Shown in pieces: positions 47,720 to 57,042 of a stretch of DNA of 64,000 nucleotides; positions within the stretch are counted from its first letter, which is position 1; each line of letters begins with the position of its first letter. The position numbers and the translations under genes were made by a program. Source of the DNA: Candidatus Saccharimonadota bacterium (GTDB lineage Bacteria; Patescibacteriota; Saccharimonadia; Saccharimonadales; UBA4665); the NCBI GenBank assembly GCA_014378615.1, contig JACMNI010000047.1:9420-73419 (forward strand). The letters are read 5' to 3'. The notes beneath the pieces were generated by a model. It made no database searches. It saw only the letters and a program-made list of their open reading frames with translations, and was not told the origin of the DNA.

Positions 47720-49045
47720 ATGACTGATACTACTGATGAAGCCGCTAACAAGCCAGCGATAAACTCGGCTGATGCCCCCACTCCTACGCCACGCCGTAGC
47801 GTGACGTTAACTATGCCGGAACTGAAACGGCCCAGCTTGCCGAGCTATGCACGCTCCAGCCGATTGCGGAGTGGCTTATTGGCCGTCGCTTTTTTGCTTA
47901 CAGCTGTCCTCGGTGGTATTGGTGGCGGCTGGTTAGAATCGCGTCGTGAAGCTAATAGTTTTAGTACGGGAGCATTAGGAAGTCAAAAGAAGGTGATAAC
48001 GCAGCAGAGTCAGCTCATTAGTCAAATTGCCAAAACCGTCGGCCCGAGTGTAGTTAGTGTCAACGTAACCCTCACGACCGAAACCGCCGTCCCAACCGGC
48101 TTTGAAAGTTTGTTTGGAATTCCGGGTGGTTCGCAAACAGTGGCAGCGGCCGGTACGGGTATTATCATTAGTCAGGACGGCATTATTATTACCAATCGCC
48201 ATGTGGTACCCGAGGGTGCAGATTCTGTCAGTGTTACGCTCAGTGATGGTACCGAGCTCAAAGACGTAACCGTTATAGGACGAACCAAGGCTACTGACCC
48301 GCTCGATATCGCGTTCTTGAAAGTAACCGATACCAAGGGACGTAAACTCAAAGCCGCCGCTATCGGTGACTCTTCGCGGGTCCAGGTTGGTGACGATGTC
48401 GTAGCGATTGGAAACGCGCTGGGTAAATTCCAAAATACGGTAACCAGCGGTATCTTGTCTGGTTTTGGCCGAAGCGTTCAGGCTAGCTCCGATAGCGGCC
48501 CAACATCGGCCTCAGCTAATGACACCGAGAGTCTAGACAACTTATTCCAGACCGATGCCGCCATCAATGAAGGCAATTCAGGCGGCCCGCTCGTAAACTT
48601 AAACGGGCAGGTGATTGGCATCAATACGGCAATAGCTGGCAACGCCCAGAATATTGGTTTCTCAATTCCTATCAATGACGTCAAAGGTTTAATAAGTCAG
48701 GTATTCAAAAACGGTAAAGTAGTGCGACCATATTTGGGCGTGCGATATATCCCCCTGACGGCCGACATTGCTAAGCAAAGCAACTTGTCGGTTACTTCTG
48801 GTGCCTATATTATTCCAACCCGCGAAGGCGAAGATCCGTCCGTATTAGCGGGCAGTCCGGCTGACAAAGCCGGCCTACAAGAAAAAGATGTGATCACAAA
48901 AGTCGCCGGCGTTGCCATCGACGAAACACATAGTCTCACAAGTTTACTCGGTACCCATCAGCCTGGCGAAAGCATTCCCCTGACCATTGCGCGAGACGGC
49001 AAAACCCAAAAAATATCAGTCACTTTAGGCGAAACGCCGGCTTGA
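47720..49045 (+). CDS. htrA: HtrA/DegP-family serine protease with PDZ domain
   Basis: 441 aa. TM anchor, catalytic His (ITNRHVV), catalytic Ser (GNSGGPL), and a PDZ domain (GSPADKAGLQEKDVI). GGAGGG SD upstream. Confidence 0.93.
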   Translation: MTDTTDEAANKPAINSADAPTPTPRRSVTLTMPELKRPSLPSYARSSRLRSGLLAVAFLLTAVLGGIGGGWLESRREANSFSTGALGSQKKVITQQSQLISQIAKTVGPSVVSVNVTLTTETAVPTGFESLFGIPGGSQTVAAAGTGIIISQDGIIITNRHVVPEGADSVSVTLSDGTELKDVTVIGRTKATDPLDIAFLKVTDTKGRKLKAAAIGDSSRVQVGDDVVAIGNALGKFQNTVTSGILSGFGRSVQASSDSGPTSASANDTESLDNLFQTDAAINEGNSGGPLVNLNGQVIGINTAIAGNAQNIGFSIPINDVKGLISQVFKNGKVVRPYLGVRYIPLTADIAKQSNLSVTSGAYIIPTREGEDPSVLAGSPADKAGLQEKDVITKVAGVAIDETHSLTSLLGTHQPGESIPLTIARDGKTQKISVTLGETPA

Positions 49046-49155
49046 TAAGTATTGCCACTTACAATCAAACATAAGTCTGTTTACATTTTTTGAGTTATAT
49101 CAACTAACTAAGTACCACCACTCAACTCACTAATTGAACCACAATAAGTTATACG

Positions 49156-50010
49156 CTAAATAAGTTCAAATACTTGTATAAAATCAGCCAATTTCAGTTG
49201 ACTATAGCCATTACCGGCAGCGATTGCCGATAAAGCTCCGTGAGACTCGGGCAGGGCTTCAGTTAAAATATACAACGGCTTACTATCCATAAATTGTATT
49301 TGTGCAAATAAACGACGGTACAAATCTAGCCCATCAGTACCGGCGAAAAGAGCAATACTCGGCTCATGCGACGCCGCCCGATTTATTTGATATTCATCTG
49401 GTACGTAAGGCAGGTTACATAACAATATATCTTGCACCGCGTGATTACTCTGTAGTAGATCACTTTTAAGGACGTCGATGGGCAAGTCATAATTTACAAC
49501 ATTCGCTTTGGCGGTTTCTATGGCAGTTTCACTAATTTCCAACAACGTTATTTTAGTATTTGAGAGCTCTATGGCTACTGTAATACCTATTGCACCGCTA
49601 CCTGCGCCAACATCAGCAATCCGCCAAACTGTACCGTTTGGTGGGGTAATTTCGGCACCATTCGATTTAGTTAGCAGTTCCTTTAGGCAATCAATCATAG
49701 TCTCAGTTTCTGGTCGCGGCACCAGCACCTCGGAATTAACAATGAACTCCCGACCATAAAATTCAGCATGACCACGTAAGTAAGCAAGTGGCATATGCAG
49801 GCATCGTTTGTTGAGCAACTTTTGTGTTTTATTTACTAAACCGGTCGGTAATTCTAATTCGGGATGCGCCAAAAGGAAGCCCTTATCGCGGCCCGTTGCG
49901 TCTGCTAGCAGCACCAAGGCATCGAGCCGAGCCGTATCGAGACCCGCGGTTTTCAGCTGAGTAATTGCATGTTCCAACCAGGCTTGAACCGTCGTGCCTT
50001 TGCTATTCAC
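49156..50010 (-). CDS. prmC: Release-factor glutamine N5-methyltransferase
   Basis: 284 aa. SAM motif [10 protein letters not shown] and NLPYV (an NPPY variant). It overlaps the prfA stop by 8 nt. Confidence 0.9.
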   Translation of the reverse strand: MNSKGTTVQAWLEHAITQLKTAGLDTARLDALVLLADATGRDKGFLLAHPELELPTGLVNKTQKLLNKRCLHMPLAYLRGHAEFYGREFIVNSEVLVPRPETETMIDCLKELLTKSNGAEITPPNGTVWRIADVGAGSGAIGITVAIELSNTKITLLEISETAIETAKANVVNYDLPIDVLKSDLLQSNHAVQDILLCNLPYVPDEYQINRAASHEPSIALFAGTDGLDLYRRLFAQIQFMDSKPLYILTEALPESHGALSAIAAGNGYSQLKLADFIQVFELI

Positions 50011-51061
50011 TACTAAGTAATTCGTGCTCGGCCGCCAGCAAGGCGTTTATAAGATCGTCGATGTCGCCGGCCAAGGCAGCGGGGATATTAGAGCGTGAGT
50101 AGCCGATGCGGTGATCGGTTATTCGGTCTTGTGGGAAATTGTAAGTACGAACTTTTTCAGATCGGTCACCGGAGCCAATCAACTTTTTCCGAGCATCGGA
50201 AAGTTGTTGCGCTTCTTCATCAATTTTTATTTGCAGTAATCGGGCCCGCAGTACGCCCATGGCTTTGGCCTTGTTTTTAATCTGCGATTTTTCATCCTGG
50301 TTTGAAACCACTAGGCCGGAGGGCAGGTGGGTAATCCGCACGGCCGAGTCGGTGGTATTAACGGATTGGCCACCATGACCACCGGAACGATATACATCAA
50401 TTCGCAGGTCGCCTGGATTAATCTCGATGTCTTCTTCTTCAGCCTCGGGCAATACGGCTACGGTAACGGTAGAAGTATGGATTCGGCCCTGGCTCTCGGT
50501 GCTGGGAACACGCTGCACGCGGTGCACGCCGGCTTCAAACTTTAGTTGTTTGTATGCCTCTACGCCGCGTAAGGCAAAGGTAATGTCTTTGAAGCCGCCA
50601 ACGCTGTCGTTGGCCGATTCGGTTAAAAGTTCTAGCTTAAAGTTATGATTCTCGGCCCAACGAGCGTACATCCGGTAAAGTTCACCGGCAAACAAACTAG
50701 ACTCATCGCCACCGGCGGCGGCTCGGATTTCTATAATAACGTCGCGGTCGTTGTTTGGATCGGTCGGTGTGAGGGCGTCAATCAATTTAGCCTCGGTGGC
50801 GGCTAACTCGCTATCTAACTCTTCAATCTCAATCCGCGCCATGGCCTGTAATTCGGCGTCGGGACCGTGCAACAACTCTTCAGACATGGTTCGGTCGGTA
50901 GTCAGTTTGGACTTAGTATCAAATAAGCCCAAAAGTTCATCGACGGCACTCTTGCGCTTGGCGAGTTTGGGATAGCTCGGGTCGCTATAAATAGTCGGAT
51001 CGGCCAGCTTGGTATCAAGTTGGGCTTGCTCGGCGCGGAGTTGCTGTTCTTTGGCTTCCAT
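50003..51061 (-). CDS. prfA: Peptide chain release factor 1
   Basis: 352 aa. GGQ motif ([11 protein letters not shown]) and the RF1-type PST tripeptide ([14 protein letters not shown]). Confidence 0.96.
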   Translation of the reverse strand: MEAKEQQLRAEQAQLDTKLADPTIYSDPSYPKLAKRKSAVDELLGLFDTKSKLTTDRTMSEELLHGPDAELQAMARIEIEELDSELAATEAKLIDALTPTDPNNDRDVIIEIRAAAGGDESSLFAGELYRMYARWAENHNFKLELLTESANDSVGGFKDITFALRGVEAYKQLKFEAGVHRVQRVPSTESQGRIHTSTVTVAVLPEAEEEDIEINPGDLRIDVYRSGGHGGQSVNTTDSAVRITHLPSGLVVSNQDEKSQIKNKAKAMGVLRARLLQIKIDEEAQQLSDARKKLIGSGDRSEKVRTYNFPQDRITDHRIGYSRSNIPAALAGDIDDLINALLAAEHELLSSE

Positions 51062-51079
51062 GTGGTGTTAGTATCCTAT

Positions 51080-51116
51080 AAAAAACGGACCGCGTACATA
51101 GACGCGGTCCGTTTTG
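51080..51116 (-). terminator. Bidirectional hairpin terminator downstream of rpmE
   Basis: ACGGACCGCG (51085-51094) pairs with CGCGGTCCGT (51103-51112), flanked by an A-run and a T-run. Confidence 0.75.
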
Positions 51117-51128
51117 AAAATTACGTAG

Positions 51129-51518
51129 CTAAACTTTTGCAGCAGCAGGATTTTCTGGAGCAGCACCGGCTTTAGTTTTTATATTGCCAGCGGTCTCGGC
51201 TTTTTCAATCTTAGCGGCAGTTCGCTTGGCAGCTTTTTTAGCAGCCGCAACGCGCTTGTCTTTGTTAGCAGCACCGGCAGCAGCGCGGGCCTTAAACTTA
51301 TCAACGCGACCTTCAATATCAAGAATACGTTCTTCACCGGTAAAGAAAGGGTGGCTAGCGGCGCTGATGTGCACCTTAATAAGCGGATATTCGTTGCCGT
51401 CATCCCACTTGGTTGTGCTTTCGGCCTGAACCGTTGAACGGGTAAGAATGCGGGCGCCGTTGTTTAAATCTTCAAAAACTACCAAGCGGTAATTATCAGG
51501 GTGAATGTCTTTTCTCAT
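51129..51518 (-). CDS. rpmE: 50S ribosomal protein L31 (Cys-less type B) with Lys/Ala-rich C-terminal extension
   Basis: MRKDIHPDNYRLVVFED... with no CxxC. A GAGGA SD lies 5 nt before the ATG at 51518. The ORF-track start at 51536 is a TTG that adds MSTRTY. Confidence 0.9.
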   Translation of the reverse strand: MRKDIHPDNYRLVVFEDLNNGARILTRSTVQAESTTKWDDGNEYPLIKVHISAASHPFFTGEERILDIEGRVDKFKARAAAGAANKDKRVAAAKKAAKRTAAKIEKAETAGNIKTKAGAAPENPAAAKV

Positions 51519-51675
51519 GTATGTCCTCGTGCTCAATTAGTTCGTTGGTTAGCGGTGAGCGAAGCCGCAGTCAACATGTTTCAATCTGACCAAGTATACA
51601 CCTCTGTTAACATTGTGGCAATACCGAGCACTGCTAGTGCTTGGCAATTAGCTAGACAAGGAGTTTAATACAACC

Positions 51676-52389
51676 ATGCGACTTACAATTGGACCCGATA
51701 TTGAGAAACCGCAGCTAAGTGCGCTCATCAAGCCGGGCGCTCTGGCAGAATTACACGAGCGAGGGCCATTCAACCAATTCTATGAGTCGGTCTTAACGGA
51801 GGAAAGTATTGTTGTTGCCGAAGCAGATAATGGTACGACTTTTACGCTCGACACAGAATGCGCAGTGAGGTGTGAAGAAAAGACTGGTCAACCACGCTCA
51901 TTAGAACCGTTTGCAAGGTTACTCGAATGGGGCTGTATTGCCGGCGGTTACGAGCCCGGAAGTTTATACCGATTACTAGATTTAGAATCTCGCCGCGCCT
52001 TCGACGGATATTACCCTGTGGAGTCAGAAGGCATGTGGCCAGCATCTGAAGATAAAATTGTAAGTGAATTGGTCACGCAGAGCATGCAGAATTTTGGTCG
52101 TCAGCTAAAGTACGGCAGTTATAAAGACCGTAAAGCTTACGACCAAGAAGTGTACGGATTTTTGGCAACCGCAGAAATTCACTCTGGCAGTACGGCTACA
52201 TTGCTACGCACTATTTTAATTAATACGGCCGATTATCCGGCGGGTAAGATAAACGAACGGCGCCTTAGTGACGCCAAAGGGTATTACTTTAGAATAGACG
52301 GTTACTGCATCAGCTCGCACAAGGAGCTGCTGACCCATTTAGTGGGAGTTATTGCAGTTACACATAGCGACGAACTTGTTACTTCTTAG
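51676..52389 (+). CDS. Hypothetical cytoplasmic protein
   Basis: 237 aa with a good AAGGAG SD. I recognise no motif. Confidence 0.6.
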   Translation: MRLTIGPDIEKPQLSALIKPGALAELHERGPFNQFYESVLTEESIVVAEADNGTTFTLDTECAVRCEEKTGQPRSLEPFARLLEWGCIAGGYEPGSLYRLLDLESRRAFDGYYPVESEGMWPASEDKIVSELVTQSMQNFGRQLKYGSYKDRKAYDQEVYGFLATAEIHSGSTATLLRTILINTADYPAGKINERRLSDAKGYYFRIDGYCISSHKELLTHLVGVIAVTHSDELVTS

Positions 52390-52500
52390 CCCATCTGTTA
52401 TTATTGCTGAGTAACAAATTAAGCAGCTTGGGAACCAATCCTCCCGATTGCCATCCGTGTAGGACCAATCGGGCACCCTCGCAAAGAGAAAGGACACACC

Positions 52501-53235
52501 ATGACGACAAACGTCGACATTAAAGATCTATTAGCGGCCGGAGCTCATTTCGGTCATAAAACTAGCCGTTGGCACCCTAAAATGGCGCCGTATATTCACA
52601 GCAAGCGTAATGGCACGCACATTATTGATCTTACCAAGACGGTGACTAACTTAGAAACTGCGCTTAACTTTATTAGCGACACCACCGCTGCCGGTAAGCA
52701 AGTCCTAATGGTTGGCACCAAGCGCCAAGCTCAAGACATCATCAAGAAAATAGCCATTGATACTGGTATGCCATATGTAACTGAGCGTTGGCTCGGTGGT
52801 ATGCTGACTAACTTCAACACTATTGGGGGCCGCGTTAAACACCTCAAGAGCCTCGAGGAGCGCATGGCAAACGGGGAACTGGCCAACAAATACAACAAGC
52901 TCGAAGTCCAGCGCTTTCAAGAAGAAATTGACGAATTAAACCGTCTCTACGGTGGCATCAAAGACATAGCTAGCAAATTAGGTGCTGTCTTTATTGTCGA
53001 CATTACCCACGATACCAACGCCGTTCGCGAAGCCAACAAGATGGGCACCCCAATCGTTGCCATCACCGATTCCAACGCCGATCCTTCTCAGGTTAAGTAC
53101 CCAATTCCAGCCAACGACGACGCCATCAAGACTATTCAGCTGATCGCTGACTATGTCGCCGCCGCTGTTGCCGAAGGCCGCGCCAAGACCAAAAAAGTCG
53201 AAGACAAGACCGACGCACCAGCTACCGAAAAATAA
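52501..53235 (+). CDS. rpsB: 30S ribosomal protein S2
   Basis: 244 aa. LLAAGAHFGHKTSRWHPKM is a typical S2 sequence. Confidence 0.97.
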   Translation: MTTNVDIKDLLAAGAHFGHKTSRWHPKMAPYIHSKRNGTHIIDLTKTVTNLETALNFISDTTAAGKQVLMVGTKRQAQDIIKKIAIDTGMPYVTERWLGGMLTNFNTIGGRVKHLKSLEERMANGELANKYNKLEVQRFQEEIDELNRLYGGIKDIASKLGAVFIVDITHDTNAVREANKMGTPIVAITDSNADPSQVKYPIPANDDAIKTIQLIADYVAAAVAEGRAKTKKVEDKTDAPATEK

Positions 53236-53274
53236 TTTTCGCCCGATATAAACAATAACCACAAGGAGATCCCT

Positions 53275-53871
53275 ATGGCCGTAGATATTGAAACTATCAA
53301 AAGACTCAAAGATTTAACTGGCGTCGGACTAACTGATGCCAAAGCCGCCCTGGCAGATGCTAACGGCGATTTTGACAAGGCTTTAGAAGCGATGCGCAAA
53401 AAGGGCCTTACTAAAGCCGACAAACGCGGCGAAAAAGAAGCCCGCGAAGGCCTAATTGGCAGCTATAACCACGATGGCCGCATTGGCGTCACGGTTGAAA
53501 TTAACTGTGAAACCGATTTCGTAGCCCGTGGTGAAATCTTCGGCGCGCTAATCAAAGATATCGCTATGCACATCGCCGCTTCGAGCCCGCAGTTCGTCAG
53601 CGTCGAAGAAGTTCCAACCGAAGAAGTTGCAAAAGCTAAAGCTGAATTCACCGACAAGGCCACTGCCGATGGTAAGCCAGCCGAAATGCTCGATAAGATC
53701 GTCGAAGGTCAGCTCAAGAAGCACTTTGCCGAGCGGTGCCTAATGGATCAACCTTACATCAAGAACCCCGATGTCACTGTGGGTGAGCACGTCAAATCCC
53801 AGGCTGCTTTAATGAACGAAAACGTCGTAGTCCGTCGCTTTAGTCGCCTTGCCCTCGGCGAAGTCGTTTAA
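53275..53871 (+). CDS. tsf: Elongation factor Ts (short form)
   Basis: 198 aa with an N-terminal UBA-like region, IKRLKDLTGVGLTDAKAALADANGDFDKALEAMRKKG. Confidence 0.95.
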   Translation: MAVDIETIKRLKDLTGVGLTDAKAALADANGDFDKALEAMRKKGLTKADKRGEKEAREGLIGSYNHDGRIGVTVEINCETDFVARGEIFGALIKDIAMHIAASSPQFVSVEEVPTEEVAKAKAEFTDKATADGKPAEMLDKIVEGQLKKHFAERCLMDQPYIKNPDVTVGEHVKSQAALMNENVVVRRFSRLALGEVV

Positions 53872-53887
53872 ATTACAGACTGGCAAC

Positions 53888-53921
53888 AAAAAAACAGCGG
53901 TAGTAATGACCGCTGTTTTTT
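53888..53921 (+). terminator. Rho-independent terminator after tsf
   Basis: AAAAACAGCGG (53889-53900), loop TAGTAATGA, CCGCTGTTTTTT (53910-53921). Confidence 0.85.
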
Positions 53922-53954
53922 ATTACACTTACAATATAACGAAAGGCAACATTT

Positions 53955-54518
53955 ATGAACCCCAACGACATCATCACCCGCGCCCAAACCAAGTTTAATC
54001 AAGCTATAGAGCACTTCCAAAACGATTTAAAGAGTCTGCGAACTGGTCGCGCCAGTGCATCTATGCTCGACGGCGTCATGGCCGAAGCATATGGCGCGCC
54101 GATGCCTCTTAATCAATTAGCTACCATTACCACTCCAGAAGCCCAGCTCATTCAAGTGGCACCATTCGACATCGCCAACCTACAGTCCATCGTAACCAGC
54201 ATTCGCAATAATCAAAATCTTGGTCTAAACCCAACCGACGATGGCCGCGTTATCCGCTTGCAAATCCCAGCTTTAACCGAAGAGCGTCGCCGCGATATCG
54301 TTAAGCAACTTGGACAAAAACAAGAAGACGCCATGGTTCGCTTGCGGGCCGCACGCAAAGACGCCAATGATGAGATTGCCAAGGCCAAAAAGGACAAAGA
54401 AGTCGGCGAAGACGATGCCAAGCGACTCGAAAAGCAAACCGACGATGCCCTAGCGAAAGCTCGCCAAGACATCGAAGCGGCAGCTAGCTCCAAAGAGCGT
54501 GAACTGATGTCACTCTAG
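53955..54518 (+). CDS. frr: Ribosome recycling factor
   Basis: 187 aa. LKSLRTGRASASMLDGV...LNPTDDGRVIRLQIPALTEERR. Confidence 0.96.
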   Translation: MNPNDIITRAQTKFNQAIEHFQNDLKSLRTGRASASMLDGVMAEAYGAPMPLNQLATITTPEAQLIQVAPFDIANLQSIVTSIRNNQNLGLNPTDDGRVIRLQIPALTEERRRDIVKQLGQKQEDAMVRLRAARKDANDEIAKAKKDKEVGEDDAKRLEKQTDDALAKARQDIEAAASSKERELMSL

Positions 54519-54521
54519 AAG

Positions 54522-54761
54522 TTAGCGACTAACGTTTACGTCTACGTCAGGAACATTGGGCTTCGGTACGGTGACGCTGTTAGGTGTGTCCACAGTAGAT
54601 GAGCCATCAGAGCCGTTAAATAAGTAAATCGCGCCAATAACTACAGCTAACAAAATTAAAAGGGGCAGTAGCCAGCGCCATACACTACGTCGTGGTTGGT
54701 CGCGTACTACTACGGTTTCTGTGGGACGGTTGTCTACGCGGTCATAATCTAGGTCTGCCAT
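54522..54761 (-). CDS. Small single-pass membrane protein (hypothetical)
   Basis: 79 aa with TM helix WRWLLPLLILLAVVIGAIYLF. Confidence 0.5.
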   Translation of the reverse strand: MADLDYDRVDNRPTETVVVRDQPRRSVWRWLLPLLILLAVVIGAIYLFNGSDGSSTVDTPNSVTVPKPNVPDVDVNVSR

Positions 54762-54842
54762 GAATTCTCCTTATTGCTACTAAGCTGAATGTACACCTAT
54801 AAAAAGGGCAGAGCTGTAAGATTTTTGGTACACTATAGGTAC

Positions 54843-56000
54843 ATGTCTGTTTTGTTACTTATTATTGGGGTAATCCTATTTATTGGGTTGGTGGTTATTC
54901 ACGAATACGGCCACTTTATTGCCGCCCGCCGTGGCGGTGTTGATGTTGAAGAGTTTGGTATCTTTTTTCCGCCACGCTTGTATAAGCGCCGCATGAAGGG
55001 CGGGTGGGATTTTACTATAAACCTTTTACCGCTCGGTGGCTTTGTAAAAATGAAGGGTGAACATGATAACGATATCGAGCCCGGCAGCTTTGGTGCCGCC
55101 AGTCTAAAGACCAAAACCAAGATTATGGTGGCCGGCGTCTTTATGAACCTCGTAACTGCCCTCATCCTTCTTACATTTCTGGCGTTGGTAGGCATGCCCA
55201 AACTTATCGAAAATCAATTTACTGTTAAAAGCGACACCAAGATCAGCCGTCAGGAAGTTTTCTTAACCTTCGTGGAACCAGGCAGTCCAGCGGCTAAAGC
55301 CGGTCTTAAGCCACAAGATAAATTACTATCAGTAGACGGCAAGGTTATTTCAACTCCTAAGCAATTACAAGCGTTTACAACATCCCACGCTGGTCAATCC
55401 GTTGACGTTCGCTACTCCCGGGCTGGTTCAGATCGGGTCGCTACAACCAAACTCCTTACTAAAGAAGCGGTTAGCGCAAGTCAAAAAACAGATATGCCAA
55501 AAGGCTATTTAGGAGTAAGCCCAACCGCCTTTAGTCTCCAAAGGTCCACCTGGTCGGCTCCCATTGTAGCCGTTGGTTTCAGTGCACAGGTCACCAAGTT
55601 GACGTTGCAAGGGCTTGGTAAGGCAGTCGCCGGCCTCGGCAGCCTGTTAGCCGGTACGGCTACTGGCAACGACACAGCACGACGTAATGGTCAGTCTTCG
55701 GCCAGTAGCCAGGTCTCGGGCCCCGTTGGTATATTCTTCGTTCTCAAGACGGGCAGTGCGCTCGGCGTCCAATTTATGCTGCTCATTATCGCCATCATCT
55801 CGCTAACGCTAGCTATTATGAACATACTGCCTATACCGGCGCTCGACGGTGGTCGACTGTGGCTAACGTTGTTCTCGCGAGGTGTTTTGAAGCAGCCACT
55901 TAGCGCTAAACGCGAAGAGGCCATTAATGCCTCTGGGTTCGTAGCACTCCTAATGTTGATTGCCGTCATTACTTTTGTTGATATAAAACGATTCTTCTAA
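54843..56000 (+). CDS. M50-family site-2 protease (RseP/RasP-like) with PDZ domain
   Basis: HExxH motif as VVIHEYGHF, a PDZ domain (GSPAAKAGLKPQDKLLSVDG), and NILPIPALDGG. The ORF-track start at 54789 adds 18 aa that are atypical for the family. Confidence 0.9.
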   Translation: MSVLLLIIGVILFIGLVVIHEYGHFIAARRGGVDVEEFGIFFPPRLYKRRMKGGWDFTINLLPLGGFVKMKGEHDNDIEPGSFGAASLKTKTKIMVAGVFMNLVTALILLTFLALVGMPKLIENQFTVKSDTKISRQEVFLTFVEPGSPAAKAGLKPQDKLLSVDGKVISTPKQLQAFTTSHAGQSVDVRYSRAGSDRVATTKLLTKEAVSASQKTDMPKGYLGVSPTAFSLQRSTWSAPIVAVGFSAQVTKLTLQGLGKAVAGLGSLLAGTATGNDTARRNGQSSASSQVSGPVGIFFVLKTGSALGVQFMLLIIAIISLTLAIMNILPIPALDGGRLWLTLFSRGVLKQPLSAKREEAINASGFVALLMLIAVITFVDIKRFF

Positions 56001-56797
56001 TGCGATTTAAACGCGGCCAGTCAGTTACAACTGCCACCTCAGAGAACACGGCCGCTAAGTTAGTGCCATGGCGTCCGTGGGTTGCAGTAATATTTGTGCT
56101 AGGCATGTACTACTTTTCACAGTTAGTTGGTGGCTTGTTAATTTCTATCTACCCACTACTGCAGCACTGGACTAGGCGCCAGACGGTCACCTGGTTAAAT
56201 GACTCTGTCTACGCCCAATTTGCCTATATTCTCGTTGCCGAACTAGTCGTGATAGCTAGCATTTATTGGTTTCTACGCTTGTATAAAAGAGGCTGGTCAA
56301 CCATTGGTCTCTTGCGCCCCCGGGCTAAAGACATCGCCTATGGGCTAGGCGCCGTAGTGCCATATTATGTACTGTATTTACTTACGGTTACAGTCATTAG
56401 CAAACTTGTACCCGGGCTCGATGTTAATCAAGAGCAGCAGATCGGTTTTTCTAATATTCAGGGTACAGTACCCCTTGTACTTACGTTTATAAGTCTAGTT
56501 ATTTTACCCCCGCTCACCGAAGAAATATTGGTCCGGGGGTTTCTGTATACCAGTCTCAAAAAAGCTTTGCCGCTCATCTGGGCCGCCGTAGTAACCAGTT
56601 TGATTTTTGCAGCCGCACATCTGCCAGAGGGCGGGGCAGCTGGACCACTATATATTGCCGCCATTGATACTTTTGTCCTGTCGCTCGTGCTTATTTATTT
56701 GCGCGAGAAAACCGGCAGTCTGTGGGCTAGCATTACACTCCACGCCGTCAAGAACGGCGTCGCTTTCTTCGCCCTCTTCATCTTCCATATGTCGTAG
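56000..56797 (+). CDS. CPBP (CAAX/Abi-type) family intramembrane protease
   Basis: 265 aa. Motifs EEILVRGFLY, FAAAHL and HAVKN across multiple TM helices. Confidence 0.88.
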   Translation: MRFKRGQSVTTATSENTAAKLVPWRPWVAVIFVLGMYYFSQLVGGLLISIYPLLQHWTRRQTVTWLNDSVYAQFAYILVAELVVIASIYWFLRLYKRGWSTIGLLRPRAKDIAYGLGAVVPYYVLYLLTVTVISKLVPGLDVNQEQQIGFSNIQGTVPLVLTFISLVILPPLTEEILVRGFLYTSLKKALPLIWAAVVTSLIFAAAHLPEGGAAGPLYIAAIDTFVLSLVLIYLREKTGSLWASITLHAVKNGVAFFALFIFHMS

Positions 56798-56825
56798 ATG
56801 ACGTCGGTTACGCCAGTGATCGCCC

Positions 56826-56880
56826 CTAATTGAAACAAGTATCGTTTTCCTGCGGAAAACTCTCGTTCCATTCAATTAGG
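56826..56880. repeat. Nested perfect inverted repeat
   Basis: CCTAATTGAA (56826-56835) pairs with TTCAATTAGG (56871-56880). It encloses the GTTTTCC-TGC-GGAAAAC hairpin. Confidence 0.8.
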
Positions 56881-57042
56881 AACGACACTGCCATACCCGA
56901 CTAGCTGGTAGTGGGCTGTTTTTGGTGGGCAGAATGGAAAGCTAGTTCCGTCAGGAACGCGACTTGTTTCTTAGATAGGCAATTAGGCAGTTTCTAGGGT
57001 ACAATAAGCCTGTTAAAACAGACTGCCGAAGGGAAGAAAACG

